Part shown: positions 1-13,315 of the stretch, in pieces | Layout of the letters: every line of letters begins with the position of its first letter | Numbering within the stretch: position 1 is the stretch's first letter | Assembly (NCBI RefSeq): GCF_947568905.1 | Contig: NC_079172.1 | Location: 61,690,001 to 61,754,000 of the forward strand | DNA from: Ostrea edulis | Taxonomy: Eukaryota | Reading direction: 5' to 3' | Length of the DNA: 64,000 bases | Made by a program: the position numbers and the translations under genes | The notes under the pieces: model-generated | What the model was told of the DNA's origin: nothing | The model's input: the letters and a program-made list of their open reading frames with translations, nothing else | The model's database searches: none

Positions 1-58
1 CAAGCTTTTTGATGGGAGAAACTATTTGTTTTTCTATCTTAAAAACATAATTAAATGA

Positions 59-218
59 TAAGAAATGAAACTTATAATTCTTTGTTTGATGCATGTATCA
101 AACGAAACATTGGACGGAAAACTTTTTCATCAATGCGCTACGCGCATTGATGTAGTTTTCCGTCCAATGTTTCGTTTGATACATGCATCAAACAAAGAAT
201 TATAAGTTTCATTTCTTA
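59..218. mobile_element. 160-bp near-perfect palindrome (fold-back MITE with TA ends)
   Basis: Left arm taagaaatgaaacttataattc...tggacggaaaact is the exact reverse complement of the right arm. An inner catcaatgcgc/gcgcattgatg stem is present. The element starts and ends with TA. Confidence 0.7.
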
Positions 219-470
219 AGTTCCTCAGTGTTGTGTTCAAATGAAGAGAATCTTAGTGATTTAATTTTGTTTTTAATCGAAATATCAGGCACCTTTTACC
301 TCAAAAATTATAGAGCAGAGAGTACGAAATCCGTAAATTTCCAGAAAGTACATAAACAATCGGTTACAGACGAAATCCGTAAAATTCCAGAAAGTACATA
401 AACAATCGGTTACAGACCCTGACGCGTGCTACTACACCTCCAAAGCGTTTCGTTCCGTTCCGTGCAGACC

Positions 471-770
471 GTTTGTCATAAAGTTGAGTTGTTAGTTTGC
501 CGTTAACATGAAAGGTGAAGATAACAATACAAGGAATAAAAAATTAGAAGTTGGGCAAACACGGACCCCTGAATATATATACAGAGGTGGGATCAGGTGC
601 CTTGGAGGAGTAAGCATCCCCTGTCGACAAGTCACATCCGCCGTGAGCCCTATGTCTTAATCAGGTAAACGGAGTAATCCGTAGTCGAAATCACTGTGCC
701 AAGAAAGGACTAACAATTGGTATGAAACACGTCAGACAGCATTTGACCCAATGATAGGTTGTTTGGCAAA
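471..770 (-). mobile_element. Penelope-like (Naiad-type) retroelement 3' fragment
   Basis: 508-770 matches the recurrent atgaaaggtgaagataac...cacggacccctg...gtaagcatcccctgtcgac family. 471-506 encodes NGKLTTQLYDK on the minus strand, matching the RT fragment at 37125-37373. Confidence 0.75.
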
Positions 771-889
771 TATCCAATATCTAATGTGTATCTCTTATCT
801 ATGTGCGTCCGTTGTCTACGTATTCACAACCCATTATTTCACAATTATACATTTCTTATCAGACGAGCCACTCGGAACAGCTTGTTAAC

Positions 890-1166
890 ATGAAGATATT
901 AATTTCGTTTTTTCTCTTAGTTTGGCATATACTGTACTCGGTAGCTTATTCAGATATTGACATTCGAGATGAAGTTAAAGAGATTCGGAAACTTTTGGAG
1001 AAACAAAACGCGAAAATCAAAATCCTCGAAAACGAAAACGAAGTTTTGAAGAAGGAAGTAGGTGAACTAAAAGAGACTGTGGCTAAATTTAGTGAACACA
1101 TCCCAAATCAAGAGGACGAGAGCGAAGGTTGGACGGGATCGCAAACCTTATCAAAGAAAGATACAC
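890..1166 (+). CDS. C1q-domain-containing protein, coding exon 1 (signal peptide plus coiled coil)
   Basis: ATG at 890, hydrophobic signal MKILISFFLLVWHILYSVAYS, then a heptad-like EVKEIRKLLEKQNAKIKILENENEVLKKEV stretch. Donor c|gtaagt at 1166/1167, phase 1. Confidence 0.9.
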
Positions 1167-2100
1167 GTAAGTGTTTATGGAAGAAAAATTGCTAGAAGAG
1201 ATGTTAAGAAATTAATAAGAACCTATAGAATAACATAATCTTTAAAATTAGGGATTTTAAGGGGCTGGATCCTTAGGTCCTCAAAGTTTTATACCTCATT
1301 ACGGAATTGTATTTTGTTGAACATTATTGAGGAGAAATATATTGGCCCTTGAAAGCGATTGTTCATAAGAGAATTATGGGACTGTGTCTAACATGTATTT
1401 TTAGTAAGATAGATATTCCGAAATATGTTATAGAAGCAAACGTTTTCAAACTTTAATGCCCTTTAATCTGACAACAAGAAAAAGGGGGGCATATTATATA
1501 TATATATATCTAAAACGATAAGTTCCTAATGTAACCATCTAAAACCACAAATAGCACTAATATATAAAAAAGTTTTTAAAGGGTTAGATCAATAAATCTT
1601 CAAAATTATATATCTGGTTACGGAGAAATGATTTGTTAAGCATTTAAAATTATTGTATGTTGTTTATATGTCCCATTCGAGATTTTTTTTTACTATTATA
1701 GGAATGTCAACAAATGTAGGATAAGTGTCGCAGACTTATGCCGAGCACTTAAGGCCTTCTTTATCACTACGACAACATACGGCATAACGAAATCCAGTAG
1801 CTATCCTCATCTACTTTCCCAGCATTTATAAAACAAGAGGATTTTCTCCCATACAAGTGCCATCTTATCGGGAAAACTATCTATGATCTTACAGCATACA
1901 TATATTAATGGCGGGACTTGGTATCAATCATTCTACCACAAACTCTACTAGTGCGAAGAAGTTCAGGCTTGAATTATGAGATGCAGACAAAAACCCCTCA
2001 TTATTTATTTCAATTTCACATTCGTATATAAATGATGGCAAAGTCTGGACATTATCATATACCGAGTTAAATATCACACTTACCTCTATACTTCAACAAA

Positions 2101-2325
2101 ATTAACACGATAGTTACAGAATGTTATTAACACGATAGTTACAGAATGTTATTAACACGATAGTTACAGAATGTTATTAACACGATAGTTACAGAATGTT
2201 ATTAACACGATAGTTACAGAATGTTATTAACACGATAGTTACAGAATGTTATTAACACGATAGTTACAGAATGTTATTAACACGATAGTTACAGAATGTT
2301 ATTAACACGATAGTTACAGAATGTT
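2101..2325. repeat. 25-bp minisatellite, 9 copies, in the C1qDC intron
   Basis: Unit attaacacgatagttacagaatgtt repeated perfectly. Confidence 0.95.
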
Positions 2326-2722
2326 ATACTGACGCAAAATTAGAAATGATTCCAAAACCTTCAGATTTTTCCCCAGAATTTCTTTGTGTCGAAGTTAAAG
2401 AGATTCGAATCCTCCGTCCCCCCCCCCCCCTTGGTGTTGGATCCATAAAACAGAGATGTGAGATCAGGATAAATTATATAGAGCACTGAAATGACCAACC
2501 AGTCTCGAGCAGTGAAAACTAGAATTTGCCAGAGAACCCATCCCTTTAAATAGATTACACAATTCGTGAAAACAACTGTTATACTATACTAACTAATACT
2601 TATTTTTTGCAATAAACTACATGCGTGATGGAGACATGAATAGAATGCGCCCTATCTTGTTCATGCACTGTTTAGACGATATGGTACAAAAACAATCCTA
2701 TAATCCGAGTATTGCTTTGTAG

Positions 2723-3177
2723 GGCGATTGCTCCTCCCGAACACAGATACCCCGACAACGATTCCCGTCACGCCCGTGGCGTTTTATGCCTATATGTCAG
2801 CCAATGAAGCACCTCCAAGTAATCACTTCACTTTCAAATTCGACGTCGTAAAGACCAACGTGGGAAACGCTTATAATAAGCATAGTGGAACATTTGTTGC
2901 TCCCGAGACGGGGGTATACGTCTTCACATATACCGTATATTCTCACGTTCATGGTGCCATCTCGTTAAACATTTTCGTAAATGAAGACATGTATGGTGGA
3001 TCTATAAGTGATACTCAAGACGCTGGTGACTATGACTCCGAAACAACAACTATTGTTGCTTCTCTCAATAACGGGGATAGCGTCAATGTTCGTACCACTC
3101 AAGCAAGTACTGCCACTGTTTTGAGCTCTGGGCAGGCTAAAACTACATTTTCTGGATGGAAAATAGGTGGATTTTAA
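2723..3177 (+). CDS. C1q-domain-containing protein, coding exon 2 (globular C1q domain)
   Basis: Acceptor ttgctttgtag|g at 2722/2723 is phase-compatible with exon 1 (RRLLL...). C1q motifs VAFYAY, FDVVKTNVGNAYNKHSGTFVAPETGVYVF and TTFSGWKI are present. Stop at 3177. Confidence 0.93.
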
Positions 3178-3783
3178 AATGATAAATCTAGATATTCATT
3201 CACAGCTTTTTTAAAAGATTTTTTCCGGGATTTGCTTTTTGAAAAATAAAAAACCACGCGGATTAGACTGTTCAATTTTTACTAATATTTTAAAGTTAAA
3301 TTTATGGAGATAATTCGGACCCAAAGTAGGACGCAGGGTCACCCTATTTTAGTATGGCCCTATTTTTATTAACTACCTTCAACACAGTTTACTAAGCTAT
3401 AAAAATAGTCCCAGATAAAAGTGAAAACACAATGCAGATATCTGCGAAGATAATACACCCTGCTTAAGCTTTAATAAGTAAGCAAAGCTGTATAGATCAT
3501 TTATGTCATCATTTCCAAAAAAACAAAAAAAAAAACAAAAAAAAAACAAAAAACAAAACCAAAAATACACTAATTTGAATGAGCATTCATTGTTATCAGC
3601 ATTCCCATTACAAAGTTTCCAAAATACCAGAATGTGATATGAACATAACATATAAACGATACGATGCAGTGATATCAAACTGGGAATACCATCGTCTTAT
3701 TCATTTGATTTTTGTCCTTTATCTATAGATAACTTTAAGATAGTATGATCTTTTGGCACTACCGCATTGTCAAGGTGAAACAT

Positions 3784-5040
3784 TTAGCTCACCTAAGCCA
3801 AAAGAATGATAAGAGCTTTTTTGATCACTTCCCATTTATCTATCCGTTTGTAAAGTTTAAAATTTTATCTGTTGGACATATTTTCACCAAACGTTAGGTC
3901 TACATTCATTCTCAGATGGTCCATGGGTATTTTTGTCTAAATTATGTCATGTTTTGACTTTGTGTTGTTCAAAGAAAAAAATTGTTGTGAATAGAAATTA
4001 AAGCATAGATATAAAGGTGTGTTTGTGAGATGTGTATAAGAGATAACGGGAAGTATTAATTTCGAACAAAGCAGGAGGTTGGTCATGTTACTACCTGTTA
4101 TTTGGCTATGTATTTGAAATAGCAGTAGGAATATAAATGATAGTGACCTAAGGTCATCCTTACACTGATATGTCACCGGACGCATTTCTATAATGTGAAA
4201 TTATACTATATGTCCCTGGATACTTAATTAAAACAGGGTGTCCTAAAGTCAACCATGAAAGGTGAAGATAACAAACAGTGATCAATGTCATAACTCGTAT
4301 AAAGGTGAAGATAACAAACAGTGATCAATCTCATAACTCCTATAAAGGTGAAGATAACGAACAATGATCAATCTCATAACTCCTATAAGCAATACAAAAT
4401 AGATAGTTAGACATACACGGACCCCTGGACACACCAGACATGGGGGTCAGGAGGAGTAAGCATCCCCTGTCGACTGGTCACTATATCTTGATCAGATAAA
4501 AGTAATTATTCGTAGTCAAAAGGAGTGTGCCAAGAACGGTGTAATAATCATTATGAAACACGTCAGACAGCATTTGACCCAATCATAGGTTGTATTGGCA
4601 AACTAGATCGTTAAAACGACCATAGAATTTGCCAAAGACAAATTACAGAGTGGTAATTTAATAACCATCATTCTATTTCTTTTTACATTTGGCATGAAGC
4701 ATGTTTGGGACAAGGGACATATAAATTGTAATTTTCAAGATTCCTGAATCCGGGTTTTAATAGTCGGGATAGAAATTGCTAAAAATTTACCATTCTTGAA
4801 AAAAAAGACATTTCAATTTGTGAATGATCTTAAGTCATCCTTGTTTTTACGAAATGTCCCGGAAATATATGCTATTGTATGGTTATACATCAGATAAAGG
4901 TTACCTAAATGACTTTAGGTCACTTATGTTTTAAAATTCAGTGTCCAGGGAAACATACTATTGTATATGTATTGTACAATTTCAAATCATAGAAAGCTGT
5001 CCAGAAGTACCTGACATTTCAGTGCATGGGTACGAATTTG
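3784..5040. mobile_element. Degenerate Helentron/pearl-like element with satellite-like internal units, interrupted by a Penelope-like fragment
   Basis: Starts ttagctcacctaagcc, followed by microsatellite-like tatctatccgt and degenerate repeated blocks (gtcaccggac/gtccctgga/gtccaggga). Boundaries are approximate. Confidence 0.4.
4256..4632 (-). mobile_element. Penelope-like (Naiad-type) 3' fragment with a triplicated 43-bp terminus
   Basis: Family consensus, with the terminal unit aaaggtgaagataac...tcataactc(g/c)tat at 4258, 4301 and 4344. Confidence 0.8.
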
Positions 5041-5097
5041 TTAGTTGACCTGTTTTTATATTCACATTAAGCAGAATTTTATTCTCAGACTTCTACG

Positions 5098-5419
5098 TGT
5101 GAAGAAAAATCTCTTGCTATGGCCTTCCATTCGACATTTAAATATATCAACTACGTTTTATCTATTAACAATAGTAACATTTTAGTGATTGTCGGGCCGT
5201 TCGTGGAACACTGATTTTGACTTCGAATAACTCCGTTTAGCTGACCAAGATAAAGTGATCACGGCGGATGTGACCGTTCGACAGGGGATTCTTACTCGTC
5301 CTAGGCACCTGATCCCACCCCTGATATATTCAGGGGTCAGTGTTTGCCCAACTCTCTATTTTTTTTATTGCTTATAGGAGTTATGAGATTGATCACTCTT
5401 CGTTATCTTCACTTTTCAT
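5098..5419 (+). mobile_element. Penelope-like (Naiad-type) fragment, internally deleted
   Basis: About 5105-5170 translates KSLAMAFHSTFKYINYVLSINN, a degenerate YIDD region. It is joined to the 3' UTR ending ttatcttcacttttcat. Confidence 0.75.
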
Positions 5420-6473
5420 GTTGTTTATTGACTGCAGACATGATAGGGAGTCTGATAATATAGTAAAATGTTCGTCATTAGAAATTTTAATGTACCAAAA
5501 CGCAAGCTGTATAGCCTTTGCTTCATCGGTATAAATTGTTTCCTCATTCGGAAGTCGTGCAGAGAAAACGTCATTTGTGATAATTGGTGCTGCAGCGACT
5601 TTATTTTGGTCTTTGAACCATATGTATACATTTCAAATGTAGTATGTTTGGATAGTTTTTTTTTACTTTGCGCATGTTAGAAATATATCTTTCTGAGGAA
5701 TATTATTCACTGGATATAATAAAAAATCTGGTAAATTATTGATACTGAAAAAATTATATTTTCCATATATAATCAATTATTTATGATTTTAAAAATGTTG
5801 TCAAGGGCAATAACTCCTGTGTTGGAATTTCCTCAACTGGATGTCTATTATAGATTGGTTTCCCTAATATCCATGATTAATCTATACATATTTATGAATT
5901 AGCAGGTGTTTTTTTTAAAAAACTGTTGATATTTAAATTTTGTCGTTTCAACAAGTTTTTATCTATTTTTATTATTCTGTTTAATGAAAATGTGTGATTT
6001 TCTGATGTTGATATATTCTTCTTTTTTTTGTATGTCTGACATCTTTAAAAAGGTGGCAACATATACATTTTCTTTGGTTATTAATTGAATTAAAGTATAT
6101 TGAGTGGGAATTAATAAAGTTTATCCACTTTTAACAATTAATATTGATAAGTCACATGAGGATGGAGCTACCTTAATACTCGTCATTCCCCGTGTACACA
6201 GTGATCAGTTTATTTACAAATTGTCTGTATCGGGTGGAAGGTATCCCGAAAACGTCACAGATATTTAAATCTAACGTGCTGAATGACTAAATCAGGAATG
6301 CTTGTGTAAAACGAAACTATCACTCTGTAATTTCCTAATAGTCATCATAGAAATTGTGATGTTGCATTTTATATGGTAAGTAAACCTATTACTTTTACGT
6401 TAATCGAATCATACGAAACATAATCTGTTTCTCTTTTAAGTGAAGCCGATTCCTGTCGATGGCTTCGTCAATT

Positions 6474-7065
6474 GTAATTCTTAGATTTGTAGAAGTGGCT
6501 ATTTCTGTAACGTCAGATTGTAATTCTTAGATTGTAGAAGTGGCTATTTCTGTAACGTCAGATTGTAATTCTTAGATTATAGAAGTGGCTATTTTTGTAA
6601 CGTCAGATTGTAATTCTTAGATTTGTAGAAGTGGCTATTTCTGTAACGTCAGATTGTAATTCTTAGATTTGTAGAAGTGGCTATTTCTGTAACGTCAGAT
6701 TGTAATTCTTAGATTGTAGAAGTGGCTATTTCTGTAACGTCAGATTGTAATTCTTAGATTTGTAGAAGTGGCTATTTCTGTAACGTCAGATTGTAATTCT
6801 TAGATTGTAGAAGTGGCTATTTCTGTAACGTCAGATTGTAATTCTTAGATCTGTAGAAGTGGCTATTTCTGTAACGTCAGATTGTAATTCTTAGATCTGT
6901 AGAAGTGGCTATTTCTGTAACGTCAGATTGTAATTCTTAGATCTGTAGAAGTGGCTATTTCTGTAACGTCAGATTGTAATTCTTAGATCTGTAGAAGTGG
7001 CTATTTCTGTAACGTCAGATTGTAATTCTTAGATCTGTAGAAGTGGCTATTTCTGTAACGTTAGA
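6474..7065. repeat. 45-46-bp minisatellite, 13 copies
   Basis: Unit gtaattcttagat(tt/t/ta/ct)gtagaagtggctatttctgtaacgtcagatt. Confidence 0.95.
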
Positions 7066-8068
7066 TTTATGATTTGTCGTCGTCCTGATTGTCTCAAACT
7101 AAACTGAATAAAAAATGCCGCGAAGATTGATCATGGTTGTAAAAATTCATGTCCTGCCTTCAGGGCCGAGTTGGGGCTAAGATGTTCATTTATGAAGATG
7201 CATTATGTTTAAAAGACGTCCTTAATTCTGAAGTTAACAGTCCAACTATTTGTATGATACAATTGGGCATATAATGAACCCTGTTTGCTCTACCAAACTT
7301 CTGAAACCCATGGAACGTGGATTGAGGCCCAGGTTCCAATTTTTCTTTATTCCTGTACATCAAGTACACACACTACTAGTATATGCATCTTTATGAGCAG
7401 TAGGTTTTCTAATAAATGTATTGAATATTCTGGGGTTTTTTTTAAAAATATAATGAAATAACATTGTGCAGCTGTGATGTGATGAAACTTACTTTCCTGT
7501 AAAAATATATTTATAAAAAGACTCTTTCAAATGTTCCTCGAACATCTGGATCCCCCATTTAGAAGGTGGTGCCATTTTTGTATGATTAAGTTATATTGAA
7601 GCGTTTAACATATACTTGAATGAAGAACAACATGAATTTGACTTTATTTCCTTGAGTTGTATGAGAGCTATGTAAGTTAAAGGATTGTCAAATGAAATGA
7701 ACGTACACGCACTTGCTGGTGAATAATGTTGACCATGTCAATCTGTTAAACGTATCCATATATATCTACAATATCATTTCTAAACTAATTCATTGAAAGC
7801 AAGAAAGTTTTCCACGTTTCAGAATTATCCAATTAAACGTCAAGGGACGTGCATGCGCATTGATACAAATGATTTTGACCATGCCAATTAATTATGCGTC
7901 CGAAATGTGTGTTTATATTATGACTTTCAGTCCATTTTATAATGAAACAATTCAATGACTGATGTTTAAGTATAATTTAGGCTACATGCAACGTGCATGT
8001 TTGAGCGTGCTGGTAAGTAATTTTGACCACGCAGATCAGTAAAGTCACAAAATATATCTACAACCTGA

Positions 8069-8311
8069 ATGAAAGGTGAAGATAACGAACAGTGTTTAAT
8101 CTCATAATTCCTATAAGCAATAAAAAATAAATAGTTGGACAAACACGGACCCCTGGACACAACACACAACAGGGGTGGGATCAGGTGCTTAGGAGAAGTA
8201 AACATCCCCTGTCGATGGGACACACCCGTCATCAGGTATACGAAGTTGTCCGTAGTCAAAATCAGTGTGCCGAGAACGGCCTAACTATCGGTATGAAACA
8301 CGTCAGACAGC
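8069..8311 (-). mobile_element. Penelope-like (Naiad-type) 3' fragment
   Basis: Same family sequence (atgaaaggtgaagataacgaac...ggtatgaaacacgtcagacagca) with a short internal deletion. Confidence 0.8.
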
Positions 8312-8765
8312 AAATTTCAACACATTTCACTAAAAAATAAAAGGGTTGTAGAGAAATACTTGAATAAATACCTGAATAATAATTGACAATTTAAGCAAAG
8401 CTGGGAGGTGGGGTTAACATAAATAAGAGACATTGAAAATAGACTCCAAATAATTCCTCCCATCAACACTATACGTAAACAATGATATAATAAAACATAG
8501 TAACTGAGATGAAGGTTTTCACAAATATCGATCGTACATTCTAAGACCTCCCAGCCGCATATCAAAATTTACCAGTCATAGTAAAACACTCCATCAGAAA
8601 AAAGGTGGCACATCAATAAAAAAGTTCCAAGCTTTCACTCCTGGTCAAAGAACAGTGGTTAGATCAGCGTCATCCAAGAAATAATCCTTCTCTTTAATTG
8701 GGAATAAAATATGTTCAAATCAAAATGATATTTCAAATTTAAGAATTTAAGTCTTAACATTTCGG

Positions 8766-9926
8766 CAGTCTTCACGAAAACATTTAGGGTCGGGTCAGTG
8801 AAAATAAAAAATCAGGAAGTCCGATGGGCTTGTAGACTTTCTGTATGTCAAATTAAATATATTATCACGCCTCAGACAAAATTGTTGAAATCCAATTGGT
8901 CAGATCTTGGTCACATGACGCCGTGAAAAAAACCGTATCATGCGAGTAAAATCCGTATTGGGCGAGTAATTTTATTTATCGTCGGGTTCGACTTGCAGCC
9001 GTGTCAAAAGGAAAGACATTTGACTAAGTTGTATGATATAGACCCCCACATATACAGTTAGAGGTCTTCGACGTGATAAATTCGTTACACAGTTAGTTAG
9101 TGACCTGATACGGAAAAATACACGGTGTGAAAAGAAAACCCGTATCGGGCGAGGCGAATTTCACACCGTGTATTTTTCCGTATCAGGTCACTAACTAACT
9201 GTGTAACTAATAATGTTGGATTTAGATATTCTAAACGTCTTATTTACTTAACTTACCATCAAAATAAAAATCAATCAATAAATAGCACATAAAGTAAGTG
9301 TTTTGACATCGTGGTTTGTTTATTTCTTTAAAGTAAAGAACGATAACTATGTCTATACTTGTAATTGTCAAGATAACTTGTACGTTGATCACGTGAATAT
9401 TCAACGAACAACTTATTGAAACAAGAAAAACAGCCGCGTTCTGTATCGCACAGCACACCGGTAACTGCTGCTTTATTGCATTGTCAAATTAAAATGAATT
9501 TCGTCAATTGCAGCTATCTCTGATTTTATGCAATTTCAATAGTTTAATTATAGAATTAATCAATCGTTTACATTTGATGTTGGTAGAGAAGGCTACTTCC
9601 TAAGGTGCACTTGGGCTGTTTTCATGTTTGTGAAAAATACGTGAATTTGTAGTCTTGTTGTTTGCGGAAGAGAGGGAGAAAATACCGTGTACGGTGTTGT
9701 TTTTCTGTTATCGACAGAAAGGATGTCTTAGGGTGGATATGAATATGAGTAATAAGCATAGGTTCAGTAAATTAATTCTACAGTTTTACAATGCATTCCA
9801 TAATGTATGTGATAAACATGTACTATGCAAATTTGGGGGGCCAGCGAATTTCACTGTTGGCCAGTAAATTCAGACAATTCACTGGTTCGACTGGCCAGCA
9901 AGTTTTAAATGTTTTCGTGAAGACTG
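8766..9926. mobile_element. Non-autonomous DNA transposon with 21-bp TIRs and nested insertions
   Basis: cagtcttcacgaaaacattta (8766-8786) and its exact reverse complement (9906-9926). Flanks atttcgg/atttcgc resemble an imperfect TSD. Confidence 0.7.
9084..9207. repeat. 49-bp perfect inverted repeat with a 26-nt spacer
   Basis: gttacacagttagttagtgacctgatacggaaaaatacacggtgtgaaa (9084-9132) versus 9159-9207. Confidence 0.9.
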
Positions 9927-10918
9927 ATTTCGCCGACAATGTCAATATTACTCGATGATTTGGTGTTTTCTACATAAAATCTCGCTCACTATAATGTAAT
10001 GTATCTTACGACAGTAGCTGTGATGTGATTGTATATCAATCACATCACTTCAATGCGGAACTTTACCTGACCTTTAACCTTAGAATGGGTCAATGAAAAC
10101 CACATGCTATAAATCTGAATAACAGAGGGGGTGTATATTGAGCAGCAGGTATTCCACACATATCATTGATATTCAAATTCAATGGTGTCACATGACCAAC
10201 TCCAAATCCTTGTACGCAATTATTTATATAAAAGCGGTATACCACTCTGTAATTTACCAATAGTTACCCAAAGAAAGTTGGACGTTATATTCTTCGTTTG
10301 GTGTTGATAATTATAATCTAATTATTAGTACATCATCGTCTGTCAATCTATACTGTCTTCTACAACCATTTGTGGTACATGTATTCTAAATGAATTTAGA
10401 ATTTCTGCCTGATGTCCTTATTCCTCAACTTTATCGTGTTACCACATGTCTCAAGGTTAAGGGGTAATATTGTGAATTCCATTTGTTTACATTGAGGTAT
10501 TTTTGGCTCATAGAGGAATGTGACCGAACGATGATTCTCCCTGTTCTGATTGTATTAAGGTTTTGCGCATGCGCCTAGCTCTTTAAAAAGAGAATAAGCT
10601 ATTTATTAAACAAATTTCTATATCAAGCATTTACTTAAAGTGGCATGGACACGGTTGAGCTGAAAAGTTTATTTTTCTATATTTAATGTTTACAATGCTT
10701 ACCTAAATTATTTCTAATGGTAACCAAAAGTTGAATATCCGTTTTTGAATTACAAGTGAGATACAGCACTCACAATCTCGTACCTCCACTTTAATACGAT
10801 TTTGCACTTATGTAGATGAAATCAACAGAATTTCAAATCATATACAAATAGTAGGAATTTCATTTTTGTATCAGATATAAAAAAGTTATAGTGATTTTAA
10901 AATCTTCCAATCAGAATT

Positions 10919-11077
10919 CATAGGCGTAGCTTGGGTTCGAATATTACCGAGGCAGGGGGTCTGGGGGGCTGCGCCCCCCAGAAGCTATCGACATTTTAAC
11001 AACGTAAAAGGTGTTTGTTTTTTTGTTTTTTTACCGAGGCAGCTGCCTCGGTTGCCTCAATGGAAGCTACGCCACTG
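10919..11077. mobile_element. Small hAT-like MITE
   Basis: TIRs cataggcgtagctt and aagctacgccactg, with a 5-bp direct repeat gaatt on both sides. Confidence 0.65.
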
Positions 11078-13050
11078 GAATTTAGCACACGTGCATGCAT
11101 TTGCTGGCCAGCAGGTTCTTTGACCATAACAAATCATAATAAGTACAAAGCTACATATATAATATAAATTTCAAAAGATTGTAATAAAACATTAACGTTA
11201 TGGTCTTTCAAAGAATTGAACGTTCAAAAGATATAAATTAATGCACGTGCATGCGCTCACGCATTAACATGTTTTGTAACATTCATCTATAGATATTTAC
11301 ATTATCTATCAATGCTGTAAATGTCTTCCCATTCCCTTTATCAATAAGAGAGATACAGACAGTTATTTTAGCATTATTCAATCAAAATAAAGCACATGTA
11401 CATGTACGCCCAGATTGGTTGTTTGTTTTTCGTACCTTCGGGGATCCCCCAACCCCATGTTGAGACGTCATCTATTGTAGTTGAAGTACCTCAAATTTGG
11501 ACAAACACTTAGCGCCTAGGGCCGTAACAGTGAGGTTCTTTAACGCACCAACAAATGGTTGGGCAAACACGGAGCCCTGGACACACCAGAGGTGGGAAAA
11601 TGTGTGTGTGAATATAAATATTCATGAATTCAAGGCTTTTCTTAATCAAAGACCCACGGCTATGACGTAGTGTAAGCGGACACAAAATTATCTACAAATG
11701 ATATACTATCATCCTAAAAAGGTTTCATCTAAATCCCTTGAGCAATTTCTAAGAACAACACCGGACAAAAAAGTGCCGGAGAAAAATGATAATGATGAGA
11801 AACAGTAAAAACACTACGTTCCGAAGACCTCATTTAAGGAACATAATTAGCAATTGTGTATGATAGTCTTTCTAAAAAAATTGTCATCTAGTTCAAAGTA
11901 TAGGAATGGAGAAGAATAAGAAACAAGAAGGCAACACAACGATTTCAGTAGACCAAACATTTTACATACCCAGGTCTCAAGACCATAAACTGAGAATAGA
12001 TTTAAGTTTAAATCTCGAATTAGATTAACATTTGAAAGAATTTTCATGAACAAATAAAATTTTCACCATATGTTTGTATTTGATTTTTTTTTTTTTTTTT
12101 TTTTGATAAACCAGCAGTTTTTAAACATATGTGCTAGATAAATCTGATGATATAGGGAATCCAAATTTTGACCTAAGTCTATTACATGTATCAGTTTTTA
12201 GTCAAATGAAGCCAGGTGACCGTTAACACCCAAGAGCCTCTTATTACTTTTTCCCCACAAGGCAGAGGACAACCCCCTATGACAGTAAATATATAAAGAT
12301 CGCTTTGAGAATTCTTTAGAATTTTTCCAACAGCAATACGATACTTCCACAGTTTGTGAAAATTATACGCAACACTCCGTGGTCTTATAACAGGATATAT
12401 TAGCAACTTCCGAGGTTCAGGTGCGCGCTGTGGTCCATAGGCCTAATGTATCAAATCGATTTCAATCGTTTTCTGGTTGTTACACTAATCCAAGTATACA
12501 GTTGAATTTTTTTGTATAATTACAGCTTTGTTCCTCTTCTGAAGGTTATCATTTAGGGGTTATAATCTAAGTCTGGCTTGATTTCCTCTAGTCATATTTT
12601 CCAGCCCTGCAACAAGCCAGTATCTTATGATATACGTTGAACTGTTAATCTTCATTTTATAACAATAACAGGTCGGTCTTCTATTCGTGTAAAGGTCAGC
12701 CAAGTTTGAGCACCTGTTGCCAGATGCCTCAGTTGGTAGAACACCAAACTAGATACCCAGAGGGGCCTGGCCCCTGGATCATGAAACATCTTAAGCTTAA
12801 GTCAAAATCTGAATATTGCAATGAAATGATTGAGAAGACAACCATCCCAAATAAAATTGATATTCTGTATTGCTTTATGAAATTTCTAGTGTCTGTAAAT
12901 ATAAGAGTCTCAGTCCAAAAGCAATGAACATCTTACAGGTGATTGAAATTCTGACTTAAGTCTGATTTTGCTACATGATCCTGGGACCTGGTGTCGAATT
13001 TAAATTTCTGTTTTGTCCATTGTATGTTCGTCCTTTCCTTTACAGGTGGA

Positions 13051-13315
13051 ATGGAGAACAACAAAAGTGATGAAGCGAGCGATGATAAAGACGATGATGC
13101 AAAGGACAGGAGGAAACAATCTGAATTTGAAGACAAGGCCGTAACTAGACTTTTAAGGAGGATGGGTGAAAAAAGTTTAATTCCTTTGTTTTCCCAACAA
13201 TGCATCACTATGGAGATCTTAATGGATCTAAGTCATGCAGATCTTCGTGAAGTAGGGGTCGACACATTTGGTCAAAGACATAAGATATTGACGGATGTAG
13301 CACGACTGAAGCGAG
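13051..13315 (+). CDS. NLR-like gene exon 1: SAM (sterile alpha motif) domain
   Basis: VTRLLRRMGEKSLIPLFSQQCITMEILMDLSHADLREVGVDTFGQRHKILTDV fits the SAM pattern (F...I....L..L...DL..+G+...G.R.KI). Acceptor tttacag|g at 13045/13046, donor gag|gtaaat at 13315. Confidence 0.85.

Noticed and set aside
803-889. N-terminal extension of the C1qDC ORF from the GTG at 803
   Set aside because: An acceptor (cttatcag) at 862 and the signal peptide starting at ATG 890 make the extension unlikely.
2101-7065. CRISPR-like appearance of the 25-bp and 46-bp repeats
   Set aside because: Head-to-tail units without unique spacers, no cas genes, eukaryotic context.
12725-12780. tRNA-like sequence (also at 14886, 20104, 22700, 23890 and 40950)
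   Set aside because: These are SINE heads or remnants; none gives a full cloverleaf.
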